64,000 bases of DNA from Candidatus Obscuribacterales bacterium (GTDB lineage: Bacteria; Cyanobacteriota; Vampirovibrionia; Obscuribacterales; Obscuribacteraceae). Position 1 is the first letter of the stretch. The number at the start of each line of letters is the position of its first letter. The stretch lies in contig CBDDIJ010000005.1 of NCBI GenBank assembly GCA_965228855.1, positions 64,001 to 128,000 of the forward strand. Reading direction: 5' to 3'. This document shows, in pieces, positions 10,037 through 19,481 of the stretch. The notes beneath the pieces are model-generated. The model was given only the letters and a program-made list of their open reading frames with translations, did not search any database and was not told where the DNA came from. Made by a program: the position numbers and the translations under genes.

Positions 10037-11080
10037 TCAGCTAGGTCTGATGCTCATATGTTTTTGGCTGGTATGCAGCAAGCGCGATACAGTGGCACCG
10101 CTCATGATACCGCCTAAGCAGACGAAGAGAATGAAGAGGGACGACAATAAAGCGCGATTCCCGTCATCCCAGAGATCCGGTATATTGAAGCCTACAGATA
10201 CGCTAATCAGGGCCAAGTTAAAAGCAACATTTACGAGGTCAAATAGCAAAAATGGAAGGCAGCATAACATAGCCGCAACGATCTTCGAAGACAATTCTTC
10301 TCGTCTAACTAGAGTCGCTGAAGCAAGAGCTGCAGCAAAGATCCCGACGGCGTCTTTAGCGATTTCGAAGCGCCAGGAGGTTGATAGAACTGACAAAAAA
10401 CCAATGCAAACAATGGCGACAATACCGGGTCCAAGAATTCGCGCAGGGTCGACTCGCCGACTCAAAGCTCCCCAAAATTTCGAGCCAAACATTGATACAC
10501 AGAGAAAGCCTGGTAGTGAAAGCAGACCAACAATCATTAAGGGAGCCAGGTAGTCAAGGCTCGAGCTCAAACGTAGTCCTGTTAATGTATCTGTGAGTAG
10601 CATACACGCGAGCAACATCGGAATTGCGGCAAAATTCCAATGAATTGAGCCGCGGAAATGAGATTTCAAAAAGCCGAACGTCAGAGCAAATCCGAATAGA
10701 CCACATAGCAAAAACAAGCCAATGGCAAACATCCATTGTACGGAAACCTCTGCCTTACCCAGAAGCCTCTGTACAACTTCGTATCCATAGTGATATTCAG
10801 CAGAAACGACCGACATTGTTGCACTACCCACGAGAAAAGAAAGTGCAATGGCGACAGTCAGTTTAACTAAATCAATGATTGAAGACAGTTTTGAGCTCAA
10901 ATATTTCTCTTTCAATGGCAATATGTCGAGAACAGGATTCAGTATTGATGCCTCTTCTGCCACGACTGGCGAAAAGGAATCGGATATAGCACCAGGCCCC
11001 GACTTAGACGCATCGGTGTCCGAGGTTGGCCTGAGCTTGGTCGCAGGATCGGCAGGTGTCGTAAATTTGAACTTGCTCAT
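10037..11080 (-). CDS. Hypothetical polytopic membrane protein
   Basis: 347 aa; low-complexity N-terminus followed by about 8 hydrophobic segments; downstream of and co-oriented with ccsA. Confidence 0.65.
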   Translation of the reverse strand: MSKFKFTTPADPATKLRPTSDTDASKSGPGAISDSFSPVVAEEASILNPVLDILPLKEKYLSSKLSSIIDLVKLTVAIALSFLVGSATMSVVSAEYHYGYEVVQRLLGKAEVSVQWMFAIGLFLLCGLFGFALTFGFLKSHFRGSIHWNFAAIPMLLACMLLTDTLTGLRLSSSLDYLAPLMIVGLLSLPGFLCVSMFGSKFWGALSRRVDPARILGPGIVAIVCIGFLSVLSTSWRFEIAKDAVGIFAAALASATLVRREELSSKIVAAMLCCLPFLLFDLVNVAFNLALISVSVGFNIPDLWDDGNRALLSSLFILFVCLGGIMSGATVSRLLHTSQKHMSIRPS

Positions 11081-11134
11081 ATTCTTAACTTAGCAACGTT
11101 ACAAATTGTCTGCTCAAGAGTCCTGAATGACTAG

Positions 11135-12127
11135 TTACTTAAACTGCCCGTAGCTGTGCAGACCGCCGAAGCCCAGTGAGTTGAAACCGAGATAGGTCAG
11201 GAGTGTCAGCAGCAAGCCCACAACAGCAACTACGGCAAGTTTCTCCGGCTTCATGTCTCGGTGAATGCGAAGGTGAATGTACGCAGCGTAGCCGAGCCAG
11301 GTGACGAGAGCCATTGACTCTTTCGGGTCCCAGGACCAGTAGCTGCCCCAGGCGTGGTTCGCCCACAAGCCACCAGTGATGATACCAATAGTTAGTAGTG
11401 GAAAGCCAATGGCGATGCAGCGGTAGGAAACATCGTCATAGGTTTCAGCGAGTTTAGCGTTGACCTTGGAAGCATCGAATTGGTTTAAAAGCTTGAAGGC
11501 AACGACAACGCCGACTAAACTGCTGCCGACAAAGAGGAGCTGAAGCCAATGCACAGCTATCTCGGTGAATGTGCCTAAACCAATCGCGCTCACGGCGAGC
11601 ACTATTGTCGTAACCGCGACAGCAAGCGTTTTACGTCGCCCCGCGGCGAACAATTGCAGGAGCGCTGCAAGACCGGAGAGGAACAGCATAGCGTATGAAA
11701 CGATCAGCGGCGGCACGTGAATCTGGCGCCAGTATGAAACTAGAGCCGGAACCAGAGGTTGAATCTCATGCTGACTCGACGGCAGCCAGCTACCGTACAG
11801 GAAGAACGTAGCTGCGGTCAAGCTGGCGAGCCAACCAAGCTGCTTAATGCCATATGCGCGTGCGATCCATAAGTAACCACCCATGGTGGCCCATGCAAAC
11901 CACAATAGTGACTCGTACAGGTTTGATAAAGGAAACCGCTGAGCCTCAACTCCGCGCGTCACGATTGCGATGGTCAGCGAGAGGAAACCAACAATTAGAA
12001 CGCCGGAGGCGATTTTTAAAAGCAGCTCTTTCTTTCCTCGCAATCCGTTGGAAGCGACGAAAACCCAGAACGACATGACGGATGAAATTCCGGCAGTGTT
12101 TGTTAGTGCTAGCTGAAAGTCCGACAT
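11135..12127 (-). CDS. ccsA: System II cytochrome c synthase, CcsA/ResC subunit (called CcsB in some nomenclatures)
   Basis: FPLSNLYESL, LVPALVSYW..IHV, WWD motif WANHAWGSYWSWDPKE, YIH, C-terminal GLHSYG. Confidence 0.93.
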   Translation of the reverse strand: MSDFQLALTNTAGISSVMSFWVFVASNGLRGKKELLLKIASGVLIVGFLSLTIAIVTRGVEAQRFPLSNLYESLLWFAWATMGGYLWIARAYGIKQLGWLASLTAATFFLYGSWLPSSQHEIQPLVPALVSYWRQIHVPPLIVSYAMLFLSGLAALLQLFAAGRRKTLAVAVTTIVLAVSAIGLGTFTEIAVHWLQLLFVGSSLVGVVVAFKLLNQFDASKVNAKLAETYDDVSYRCIAIGFPLLTIGIITGGLWANHAWGSYWSWDPKESMALVTWLGYAAYIHLRIHRDMKPEKLAVVAVVGLLLTLLTYLGFNSLGFGGLHSYGQFK

Positions 12128-13785
12128 TAGGAGTCTCCTGAATGCGCGTCTGCGCCGGCTGCAACAAGTTTCTCATCGTGAGACGCCGGAGAATTCTCCA
12201 GAGTCTCCGCGAGTCTGTCATTAAATGACTTCGGTTCGCTCTTCGCAGCGGTCACCGCAGGCGGTGCTTGCGGTCCAATTTGCTGCGACAGCGACTCAAC
12301 GAGTTTATCGATCAACTTTTCAAAACCGGTCTTCGCCTTTAGCGATTTACCGCCGATGAATAAATAAGTCCCAGCTGGCTCACGCGTCGCTTCAACACGT
12401 GCGGAAGTCTCAGTCGGCTCATGAGTCGCATTGAGCTTGAGCGTAACATCAGGATCTTCGGTCGCACTCAGCTTCAACGTCACATCAGGATCGGCGACAT
12501 TGTTCAACTTCAACGTCGCATCAGGATCTTCAACAGCGCCAAGCTGTAAAGTTCTATCCGGGTCATCTTCGTTGTCGCTTCGCTGCTCGACGGAAACCCA
12601 GATATGTCGATGCGGAATCGCAGCCAACATTACGCCGACCATGATGAAAGCAAAGGCGATGTAGACAGTGACGAGTCCGGGATCATTCTTATACTGCAGA
12701 CCGGAAACCGGTATCACTCGGTCGAACTTCAATTTCACCGTGCCCAGAGTTACACTCTCTCCAGGCTTGAGTTCGGAAATCAGTTTGGGAGCCTCCCAAT
12801 CAGGACGCTTCGCAAACACGCGCATGGGCGCTGTTGTATCCAGGACGCTAAAAATAAACACCGTGGACTGATCGAGCGGAAGAAACGCAGCATAACGTTT
12901 TCCCATCGGCTGAACTTGCATGCGCTGCGGATGTCCATTGAAGCTTACTTCAACCGCGTCTATCCCCCAACTGGATTGATAGATATCAGTTCCATCATAC
13001 GAGAGCGGGTTGTTGACAGAGATCTCGCCCTGTTTAAGAACTTTGCCTTTCTCGTCGACTACCGAAAGATTTGAATACCACTGTTTGGGTTCGCCGGAAG
13101 GATAGTTTTCACGGCGAGTGCTGTCAACGCGAACGCCCCAGGTCGGCAACTTTCCAATCCACAATTTACTGTGTTGCGAACCGGACATCGACATGGTTTC
13201 GCCTAACAAAACGGGTTGAAAACCGCTGTAGCCGGTCCACGAAGTCACGGTGACGCCTGCGAGCAACGTCAGCAAACCAATATGTGTAATCGTTGCAGCC
13301 AGACGTCCATACTTGCCGGACTCAGCTGTCAAAGATTGCTCGTCCACCTTCACGGTGAACTTCCGCTTCGCCAGCTCGTTTACCACAAACGACATTGCTG
13401 CCGAACTCGAGTAATTTCCGAGGAAAACCTTGCGAGCCACTGGCATGTTTTCAATCTGACGCCCTTTCAAGAACGGCATCACCTGCTTCAACAGCTTGAC
13501 CTTCGGAAAGACTCTCTGAAAGCTGACCGCCACCATATTCAGGGTCAGCATCGCAATCAGGAAGAGAAACCAGGGGCTGTGAAAAATGTCTGAAACGCCA
13601 TACTTGATGAGAAACTTCGCCACATCAGGCGCGAACGCTTCAAAGACCTTCTCTCGTCCAACCACCGCTTCCTGAGGGCACCACGCCCCTATCAAAACAG
13701 TAATCGCCGTCAATGACATAAATGTCACGGCCATCTCCAGGCTGGCGAATACCGATATCTTTTTAGGAGTGGGTTCGTTTGTCAT
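12127..13785 (-). CDS. ccs1: System II cytochrome c biogenesis protein Ccs1/ResB
   Basis: IG..CPQ, DIFHSPWF, THIGL (conserved His), ISVNNPL.Y.G..IYQSSW, SGLQYKNDPG; overlaps the ccsA start. Confidence 0.92.
   Translation of the reverse strand: MTNEPTPKKISVFASLEMAVTFMSLTAITVLIGAWCPQEAVVGREKVFEAFAPDVAKFLIKYGVSDIFHSPWFLFLIAMLTLNMVAVSFQRVFPKVKLLKQVMPFLKGRQIENMPVARKVFLGNYSSSAAMSFVVNELAKRKFTVKVDEQSLTAESGKYGRLAATITHIGLLTLLAGVTVTSWTGYSGFQPVLLGETMSMSGSQHSKLWIGKLPTWGVRVDSTRRENYPSGEPKQWYSNLSVVDEKGKVLKQGEISVNNPLSYDGTDIYQSSWGIDAVEVSFNGHPQRMQVQPMGKRYAAFLPLDQSTVFIFSVLDTTAPMRVFAKRPDWEAPKLISELKPGESVTLGTVKLKFDRVIPVSGLQYKNDPGLVTVYIAFAFIMVGVMLAAIPHRHIWVSVEQRSDNEDDPDRTLQLGAVEDPDATLKLNNVADPDVTLKLSATEDPDVTLKLNATHEPTETSARVEATREPAGTYLFIGGKSLKAKTGFEKLIDKLVESLSQQIGPQAPPAVTAAKSEPKSFNDRLAETLENSPASHDEKLVAAGADAHSGDS
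12433..12564 (-). repeat. In-frame 36-bp tandem repeat (four DPDxTLxL units) inside ccs1
   Basis: DPDRTLQL-GAVE-DPDATLKL-NNVA-DPDVTLKL-SATE-DPDVTLKL at 12-aa spacing. Confidence 0.9.
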
Positions 13786-14537
13786 TCTGGGTTTCCGGAT
13801 TTATTCTTGATCGCGTCGGCCAGGTCTTGCTCGAAAAGCTGAGACGCTTCGTCAAAGTTATTGCGTTGCAAAGCGAGGCATACATCTTCAGAATAGATGA
13901 TTTGACTGATTATTTCCGAAAGGGAGGCATCGTCCAAATCCAGCCTGGCAGCCGTAACTTTCTCAATCACGAAGTCTGCGAACAGCGCGTAGTGATCCAT
14001 GTCACGAACAAAGGCTGCCTTGATGCGACTGATCAGAGCCTTCTCCAGCGCACCAGAAATTCCGTCGGTAGAAACCGAAATTTTGATTTGTCCCCGCCGG
14101 AACCAGCTTGGCAGGACAAAGTCGCTGGTTTGCTTGACCGACGCCTCAGTGCAAAGAACGCCCGCGACTTTCGCAAGTTTAGCAATGCGCTCATTGTCGG
14201 AATAGGAATTCGTGAAAGCAAAGATCAGAAAAAACTCCGACAGGTCGAATTTGCCTTCAAGCAAATCCTTCTGGGTGCCAGTCGAAAGTGACATCTTATG
14301 GCTGTAGGCCAAAGCGAGTTCTTTCATCTCCTCGTCCGGCTTATTCGCGAGCAGTTCGATTGTGGCACCACATTCGATGACACCCCGAATCAACGACAAA
14401 ATGCGCTCGCTATCTCCGACAATGAGAACGCGTTTACCTTCAAGGTTCAAGCCAATCGGAAAAAATCGCTTTCCATCAAGTGAGAGCTTAGAGCCGGGCT
14501 CTTTGACGTTTTGAGATTGTCCCGACTTTCTGGGCAT
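13782..14537 (-). CDS. Precorrin-2 dehydrogenase/SirC (CysG N-terminal)-like protein with degenerate motifs
   Basis: FPIGLNLEGKRVLIVG, SDFVLP...RGQIKISVSTDG.S match the SirC/Met8p layout; the GGGxVA motif is missing. Confidence 0.75.
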   Translation of the reverse strand: MPRKSGQSQNVKEPGSKLSLDGKRFFPIGLNLEGKRVLIVGDSERILSLIRGVIECGATIELLANKPDEEMKELALAYSHKMSLSTGTQKDLLEGKFDLSEFFLIFAFTNSYSDNERIAKLAKVAGVLCTEASVKQTSDFVLPSWFRRGQIKISVSTDGISGALEKALISRIKAAFVRDMDHYALFADFVIEKVTAARLDLDDASLSEIISQIIYSEDVCLALQRNNFDEASQLFEQDLADAIKNKSGNPE

Positions 14538-14547
14538 AGGCTCGAAC

Positions 14548-15618
14548 TCAGGTTGTTCTGGTCATCACATAGTTGGCTAAGGTAGCCAGTCCGTCTTTGT
14601 AAGAAGAATCTTTGATGTCTTTCAAGGACTCAATAGCTTTGTCAGCGTAACTGCGAGCGAGGTCAACCGTTTTCTCGACGCCGCCGTTGTTGCGTATGAT
14701 TGCAAGCGCCTCTTCAGCTCCTGCGTCTTCACAGATTGCGCGAGTGTCGATCAACTCCTTCAAGCGAGCCGAGTTAGAATCGCCCGCTTCGAGGATAAAC
14801 ATCGCAGGTGCAGTGACCACTCCATTACGCAAATCGCTGCCGACCGCTTTGCCGGTTTCTTTCTGAGAACCGGTTATGTCCAGCAAATCGTCGACGATTT
14901 GGAAACAGATGCCTAGGTTGAGACCGTAGTCTTTGAGATTTTGAATGGTTTCGTTCGAGCAGCCGTTCAAGATGGCTCCACTGTGGCTGCCGGCCGAAAA
15001 GAGTGAGGCGGTTTTTCCGACCGATTTCTCGATGTAAGCGTCCCAGTCGACTTTCGTTTGAAACTGTTGGCGCATCTGTTTGATCTCACCAGAGCAAAGA
15101 TCGCCCAGAACCTGACCGTAAATACCGACCACAACCGGGTTCATAATGCGAGCCAGACAAATCGACGCTTGAGCAAACAGCAAGTCGCCCATGAGAACTG
15201 CGATTCGGTCGTTCCACTTCTTATTGATGGTTTCCTGACCGCGACGCACGGAAGCCTTGTCTATCACGTCATCGTGGACGAGGCTGGCAGTGTGAATCAG
15301 TTCGGTCAAAACCGCAAGAATGATGTGCAAGCGGCTCAGCTTACCGGTCTCACGCGCCGTCGCTTTCGAGGAAAGCAAGACGATAAGCGGGCGAATCCGC
15401 TTACCGCCGGCGTGGAAGATTTGCTTGAGCAACTCCTCGACAAATGTGTTGTCGTCAATTAAGTTCGATTTGAGCCAGTCCTCGACCAGCGACATCTCGT
15501 CACTGACGAGATCGAACAGAGAAGATAGTGATGGGGTGCCCGCGATAGTCGCAGACGGGGATCCTTGTGCTGACTTCATAACCCTTCGGTTGTCAAAGAT
15601 ACGGTCTAAGCTTTTCAT
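14548..15618 (-). CDS. Long-chain trans-polyprenyl (solanesyl-type) diphosphate synthase
   Basis: GGKRIRP, ELIHTASLVHDDVID...RRG, GD.L, KTASLF, FQIVDDLLD, GK..GSDL. Confidence 0.92.
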   Translation of the reverse strand: MKSLDRIFDNRRVMKSAQGSPSATIAGTPSLSSLFDLVSDEMSLVEDWLKSNLIDDNTFVEELLKQIFHAGGKRIRPLIVLLSSKATARETGKLSRLHIILAVLTELIHTASLVHDDVIDKASVRRGQETINKKWNDRIAVLMGDLLFAQASICLARIMNPVVVGIYGQVLGDLCSGEIKQMRQQFQTKVDWDAYIEKSVGKTASLFSAGSHSGAILNGCSNETIQNLKDYGLNLGICFQIVDDLLDITGSQKETGKAVGSDLRNGVVTAPAMFILEAGDSNSARLKELIDTRAICEDAGAEEALAIIRNNGGVEKTVDLARSYADKAIESLKDIKDSSYKDGLATLANYVMTRTT

Positions 15619-15829
15619 ATTCAGGTATCTAACGTCAATGTTTTAGCTACTAATCTCAACTAAAATACAAGACTGCGTGCGGGATGAGACGCACTTCATC
15701 CTCTCAAAAAGTGCCAATTTTGTGTCTCAGTTACGAATTAGCCGGTTTGGGATAAGTCGAAAGTTGGCAAGACATGATCGGTGTTTTAGATTGGTAATAT
15801 AGTCATCTCAGCAATTTTGGAGGCAGGTC

Positions 15830-16324
15830 GTGTTTGAGGATTTGAAAAGAAGGCTTCTCTCAGGAGAAATCTCATTCACACAGGCGCTGCCGGAAGCACT
15901 ACCTCAACTCCGCGGGAAAATCACAGACGACAACCTGTTGTGGCTGTCGAGCGAGCTGCAAGGTTACGCCGACGCATTGACGTTTTACCAATCACCGAAT
16001 CACGGGCTTCCCGCTTACCGAGCCGTCCCAGGCGCTTTATACTTGATGAGGCAGGACGGTTCGTTTGAGCCTCTTAACCACCCTTACGCCGCCCGGGACC
16101 GCTTCTTCTTGAGCGCTCCTATTCACTGGCTCGAAGAATTCTCGAACTTGCAAGGCGAGGACTCGCTTGTAGAACTGCAAGAGTTTGGCGCATTCGTCGC
16201 AAAAATGGGTGGAGGAGTTGTCTGCTCCTGCCCAAAATCTGAACTGAAACGCATTATTGCGACCTTCCGCAACGAGTTCATCAAGTTGTTAGACCAGGTT
16301 GATGCCGCTGCAAAGCAAGGCTAG
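15830..16324 (+). CDS. Hypothetical protein resembling the AbiTii domain
   Basis: SD GGAGG plus GTG start; W..SEL.GY...LPAYR.V.G pattern recalled as AbiTii-like. Confidence 0.6.
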   Translation: MFEDLKRRLLSGEISFTQALPEALPQLRGKITDDNLLWLSSELQGYADALTFYQSPNHGLPAYRAVPGALYLMRQDGSFEPLNHPYAARDRFFLSAPIHWLEEFSNLQGEDSLVELQEFGAFVAKMGGGVVCSCPKSELKRIIATFRNEFIKLLDQVDAAAKQG

Positions 16325-16354
16325 CCGCTCGCACCGCATTCAATACCATCCGGT

Positions 16355-18091
16355 TTAATTGTCTGGATCTAAACCATCCAGCATGTTCGCAAAACCGCGA
16401 CCAACCACTTCGCGCATGTTCGACATGGCGCGAAACATCTTCATGTTCGCCGGGTCTTTCAGCACGCGCTGAAAGCGAGGATCTGAAATCACGACCTTAA
16501 ATTCCGGGTCTTTGCAAAGACCTACGAATCGTGGGTCCTTTGATAGTGCCTGCACATTCGGGTTTTTAACGAAGCGACTGACCTTAGGGCTCTTCGGATT
16601 GGTTTTCCAAAGTTTCCATAACTCGGGGCTTCGCACGAACTCCTGCGACATCGGATCATCCCAGATAGTTTTCATTGAAGGGTCATTCCACATCTCCGAT
16701 AACAACGGCTGAAACTTCATGAATCCAGGAGACATAAAGAATGCGCGAGAGTCCGGGTCTGATGACATTCGTCCATGTCTATTGTTGAGAAATGCCGCGC
16801 GCAAGTCAGGGTCTTGCGTCATTTTACGAACCTCTGGGTCCTCGTCTTTCGCCGCTTGATTCAGGATGATTTTGCGCTGAATTTCGGAAAGCTGTTTGTG
16901 ATGACCAGACCTGGATTCGCGAATTCTCTCGTTTACATCATCTTCTATTGGGAATGCGGACCCGGTTTCGAGGTTCGAAATCGCGTCGTATTCCTTGGTG
17001 GCAATGCGCCGCTTCTCACTGTTTCCAGTCAACGAAAAAGTATAAATCCAGATGGGTAGCGCAATTACAATCAGCACTGAAACCATCAACAATCGACGGT
17101 GGGCGGAAGCAAAGTTTCTAGCATTTTGAAGCCAACCATTTGCTGGTTGCGTTTTCTCAATCGACTTACTGAGGTCGATTCGAGAAGTTTCCTCGCCGAA
17201 CAATGATGCGGTCCGCATGTTCTCCTTGTAGCTCTCATACACTTGCTCCAAGCGCTCTTTGAGCTGCAACGCCGATTGATAGCGATCGGCAGGATCCTTC
17301 TCCAGAGTTTTTGCAACAACGTGTTCGAGATCGGCAGGGAAGCTAGTCCCGCAGTCCATCTCATTTAGCAAAGGAGGAATCTCCTCCTGTTGCATCAGAA
17401 TTGTATCCATGTACGTGTCGCCTTGCAGCGGAGCCTTGCCAGTCAAAACTTTGAACATCAAACAGCCGAACGAATAAAGGTCGGATGCTTCAGCCACATC
17501 ATCTCCGCGAGCCTGCTCAGGACTCATGTATAAAGGACTACCGACTCGCACGCCGGTTGAAGTTAATTTCTGATCCTCGCTCTTGAGCTTCGCAAGTCCA
17601 AAATCCACGAGCTGGACATTGCCGGGTGTCTTCTCGCAGAGCATGATATTCGACGGTTTGACATCTCGATGAAGGACTTTGTTGACGTGGGCGTGGTGCA
17701 GCCCGGCGGCAATCTGAATGAATATCGGCAGTGCTTCCTCCACCGGAAGCCTCTTCGAGCGCCGCTGCACGTCTTCCAGACTCTGGGCGCCGACGTAATC
17801 CATGACCAGAAAGAGGTCACCCGTTGGGGTTTGTCCGAAGTCCAGCACCTTAACGATATTGGGATGATCGAGCTTGGCAGCTGTTCTAGCCTCTTGCTGA
17901 AACCGAATAATATTCTCGCGCGACAACCCCGGCAAGAGAATCTTCACAGCCACGAGTTTGTCCAACGTCGTGTCGGTTGCTTGAAAAACCGCACCCATAC
18001 CACCCGCGCCCAGCTTCTTGAGAATCTGGTAGCGGGATACGAATTCCGGAGATTCCGGTGGTAGCGTCGTTCGATGCGGGTAGCTGTTCAT
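16355..18091 (-). CDS. Membrane Ser/Thr protein kinase with C-terminal DP-repeat domain
   Basis: GAGGMG, VAVK, HRDVKPSN, DFG, GSPLYMSPEQ; TM helix LLMVSVLIVIALPIWIYTF. Confidence 0.93.
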   Translation of the reverse strand: MNSYPHRTTLPPESPEFVSRYQILKKLGAGGMGAVFQATDTTLDKLVAVKILLPGLSRENIIRFQQEARTAAKLDHPNIVKVLDFGQTPTGDLFLVMDYVGAQSLEDVQRRSKRLPVEEALPIFIQIAAGLHHAHVNKVLHRDVKPSNIMLCEKTPGNVQLVDFGLAKLKSEDQKLTSTGVRVGSPLYMSPEQARGDDVAEASDLYSFGCLMFKVLTGKAPLQGDTYMDTILMQQEEIPPLLNEMDCGTSFPADLEHVVAKTLEKDPADRYQSALQLKERLEQVYESYKENMRTASLFGEETSRIDLSKSIEKTQPANGWLQNARNFASAHRRLLMVSVLIVIALPIWIYTFSLTGNSEKRRIATKEYDAISNLETGSAFPIEDDVNERIRESRSGHHKQLSEIQRKIILNQAAKDEDPEVRKMTQDPDLRAAFLNNRHGRMSSDPDSRAFFMSPGFMKFQPLLSEMWNDPSMKTIWDDPMSQEFVRSPELWKLWKTNPKSPKVSRFVKNPNVQALSKDPRFVGLCKDPEFKVVISDPRFQRVLKDPANMKMFRAMSNMREVVGRGFANMLDGLDPDN

Positions 18092-18224
18092 TAAACTTCA
18101 ACGCAGCGCCGTAAACTGAGGCTCAAGAAAATTATGCCCCGATTCGACAGATTCCTCGCACAGTGGGCGAATCGAGTTGCTAAAATAGCAGCTTCCAGGA
18201 AGCACCGCACCGAAGAGGGTCGCC

Positions 18225-19436
18225 ATGTCTGCCACCGCGAGCAAAACCAGCACAACGTTAATCGAGCGAATTCAAGAACAGCTTCGGGCCGAATCAATCG
18301 ACGGCTGGCTGTTTTATTACTTCAAGAACAATGACCCGATTGCACTAAGCATCCTGGGTATGATGGAAGGGCACATGACACGCCGCTGGTTCTACTATGT
18401 GCCTGCCAGAGGCGAGCCGGTCAAACTGGTGCACGGCATCGAACTCGACGTTCTCGACGCACTACCAGGCACAAAAGAAGTATATGTCGGTTGGAAACAG
18501 CTGGAGCAGAAGCTGGGAGACATCCTCACCGATGCGAAATCGATCGCCATGCAATACTCACCGAAGAATGCAGTGCCCTATGTCTCGCGCGTCGATGCCG
18601 GCACAATCGAGCTTATTCGTTCTCTTGGAAAAAATGTCGTCACAAGCGGCAACCTTGTTCAAGCATTTGAAGCGAGCTGGTCGGAAGCGCAATTGCAGAC
18701 GCATATCTACGCAGTCGAGAGTCTGCGTAAAATCGTTTTTGAAGCTTTCGCAGAAGTGAAGCGGCTGATCAACAAAGGCGAGGCCGTCAACGAATATGAC
18801 ATTCAACAATTCATTATGGGTAGATTCGACCATTACGAGATGACGACCTATTCGCCACCGATAGTGGCGGTGAATGGACACAGCGGACTACCTCATTATC
18901 AACCAAGCAAAGACGAACATGCCCCAATCAAGAAGGGCGATTTCTTACTGCTGGATATCTGGGCGAAACGTCGCGACGTCCGTGATGCCATATATGGTGA
19001 CATCACCTGGACCGGTTATGTGGGGACGGAAGTGCCGACAGAGTTCGTCAAAATCTTCGACATCGTGAAAGGCGCTCGAGATGCGGCACTAGATCACGTC
19101 AAAGATGCTGTTTCCAAAGGCGAAGTTCTGCACGGATGGCAAGTCGATGAAGTAGCACGTACCTATATCCGCGAACGCGGATATGCGGACTATTTCATCC
19201 ATCGCACCGGTCATTCGATTGGAACTGAAGTCCACGGAAATGGCGCCAATCTGGACAATCTCGAAACCAAAGACGAGAGAGTTTTGATTTATAAACATGG
19301 CTTCTCCATTGAGCCAGGTGTATACCTCAAGGAGTTCGGAGTGCGTTCCGAAATTGATGTCTACATCGAGGAAGGCAAAACGCTCGTAGCGGGCGGTCCG
19401 ATTCAAGAGAAAATTATTCCGATCCTCGCCGACTGA
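18225..19436 (+). CDS. M24-family (Xaa-Pro) metallopeptidase
   Basis: LLD, YGDIT, HRTGH, FSIEPG, GVRSE metal ligands. Confidence 0.9.
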   Translation: MSATASKTSTTLIERIQEQLRAESIDGWLFYYFKNNDPIALSILGMMEGHMTRRWFYYVPARGEPVKLVHGIELDVLDALPGTKEVYVGWKQLEQKLGDILTDAKSIAMQYSPKNAVPYVSRVDAGTIELIRSLGKNVVTSGNLVQAFEASWSEAQLQTHIYAVESLRKIVFEAFAEVKRLINKGEAVNEYDIQQFIMGRFDHYEMTTYSPPIVAVNGHSGLPHYQPSKDEHAPIKKGDFLLLDIWAKRRDVRDAIYGDITWTGYVGTEVPTEFVKIFDIVKGARDAALDHVKDAVSKGEVLHGWQVDEVARTYIRERGYADYFIHRTGHSIGTEVHGNGANLDNLETKDERVLIYKHGFSIEPGVYLKEFGVRSEIDVYIEEGKTLVAGGPIQEKIIPILAD

Positions 19437-19481
19437 ATAGGCATAGCAGATAGCCATTTTGGATAGGCAGACACGCGCACG

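Noticed and set aside
9785..10117. 110-aa ORF after the SAF gene
   Set aside because: No recognisable features and overlaps the convergent membrane-protein gene by 81 bp; cannot be supported.
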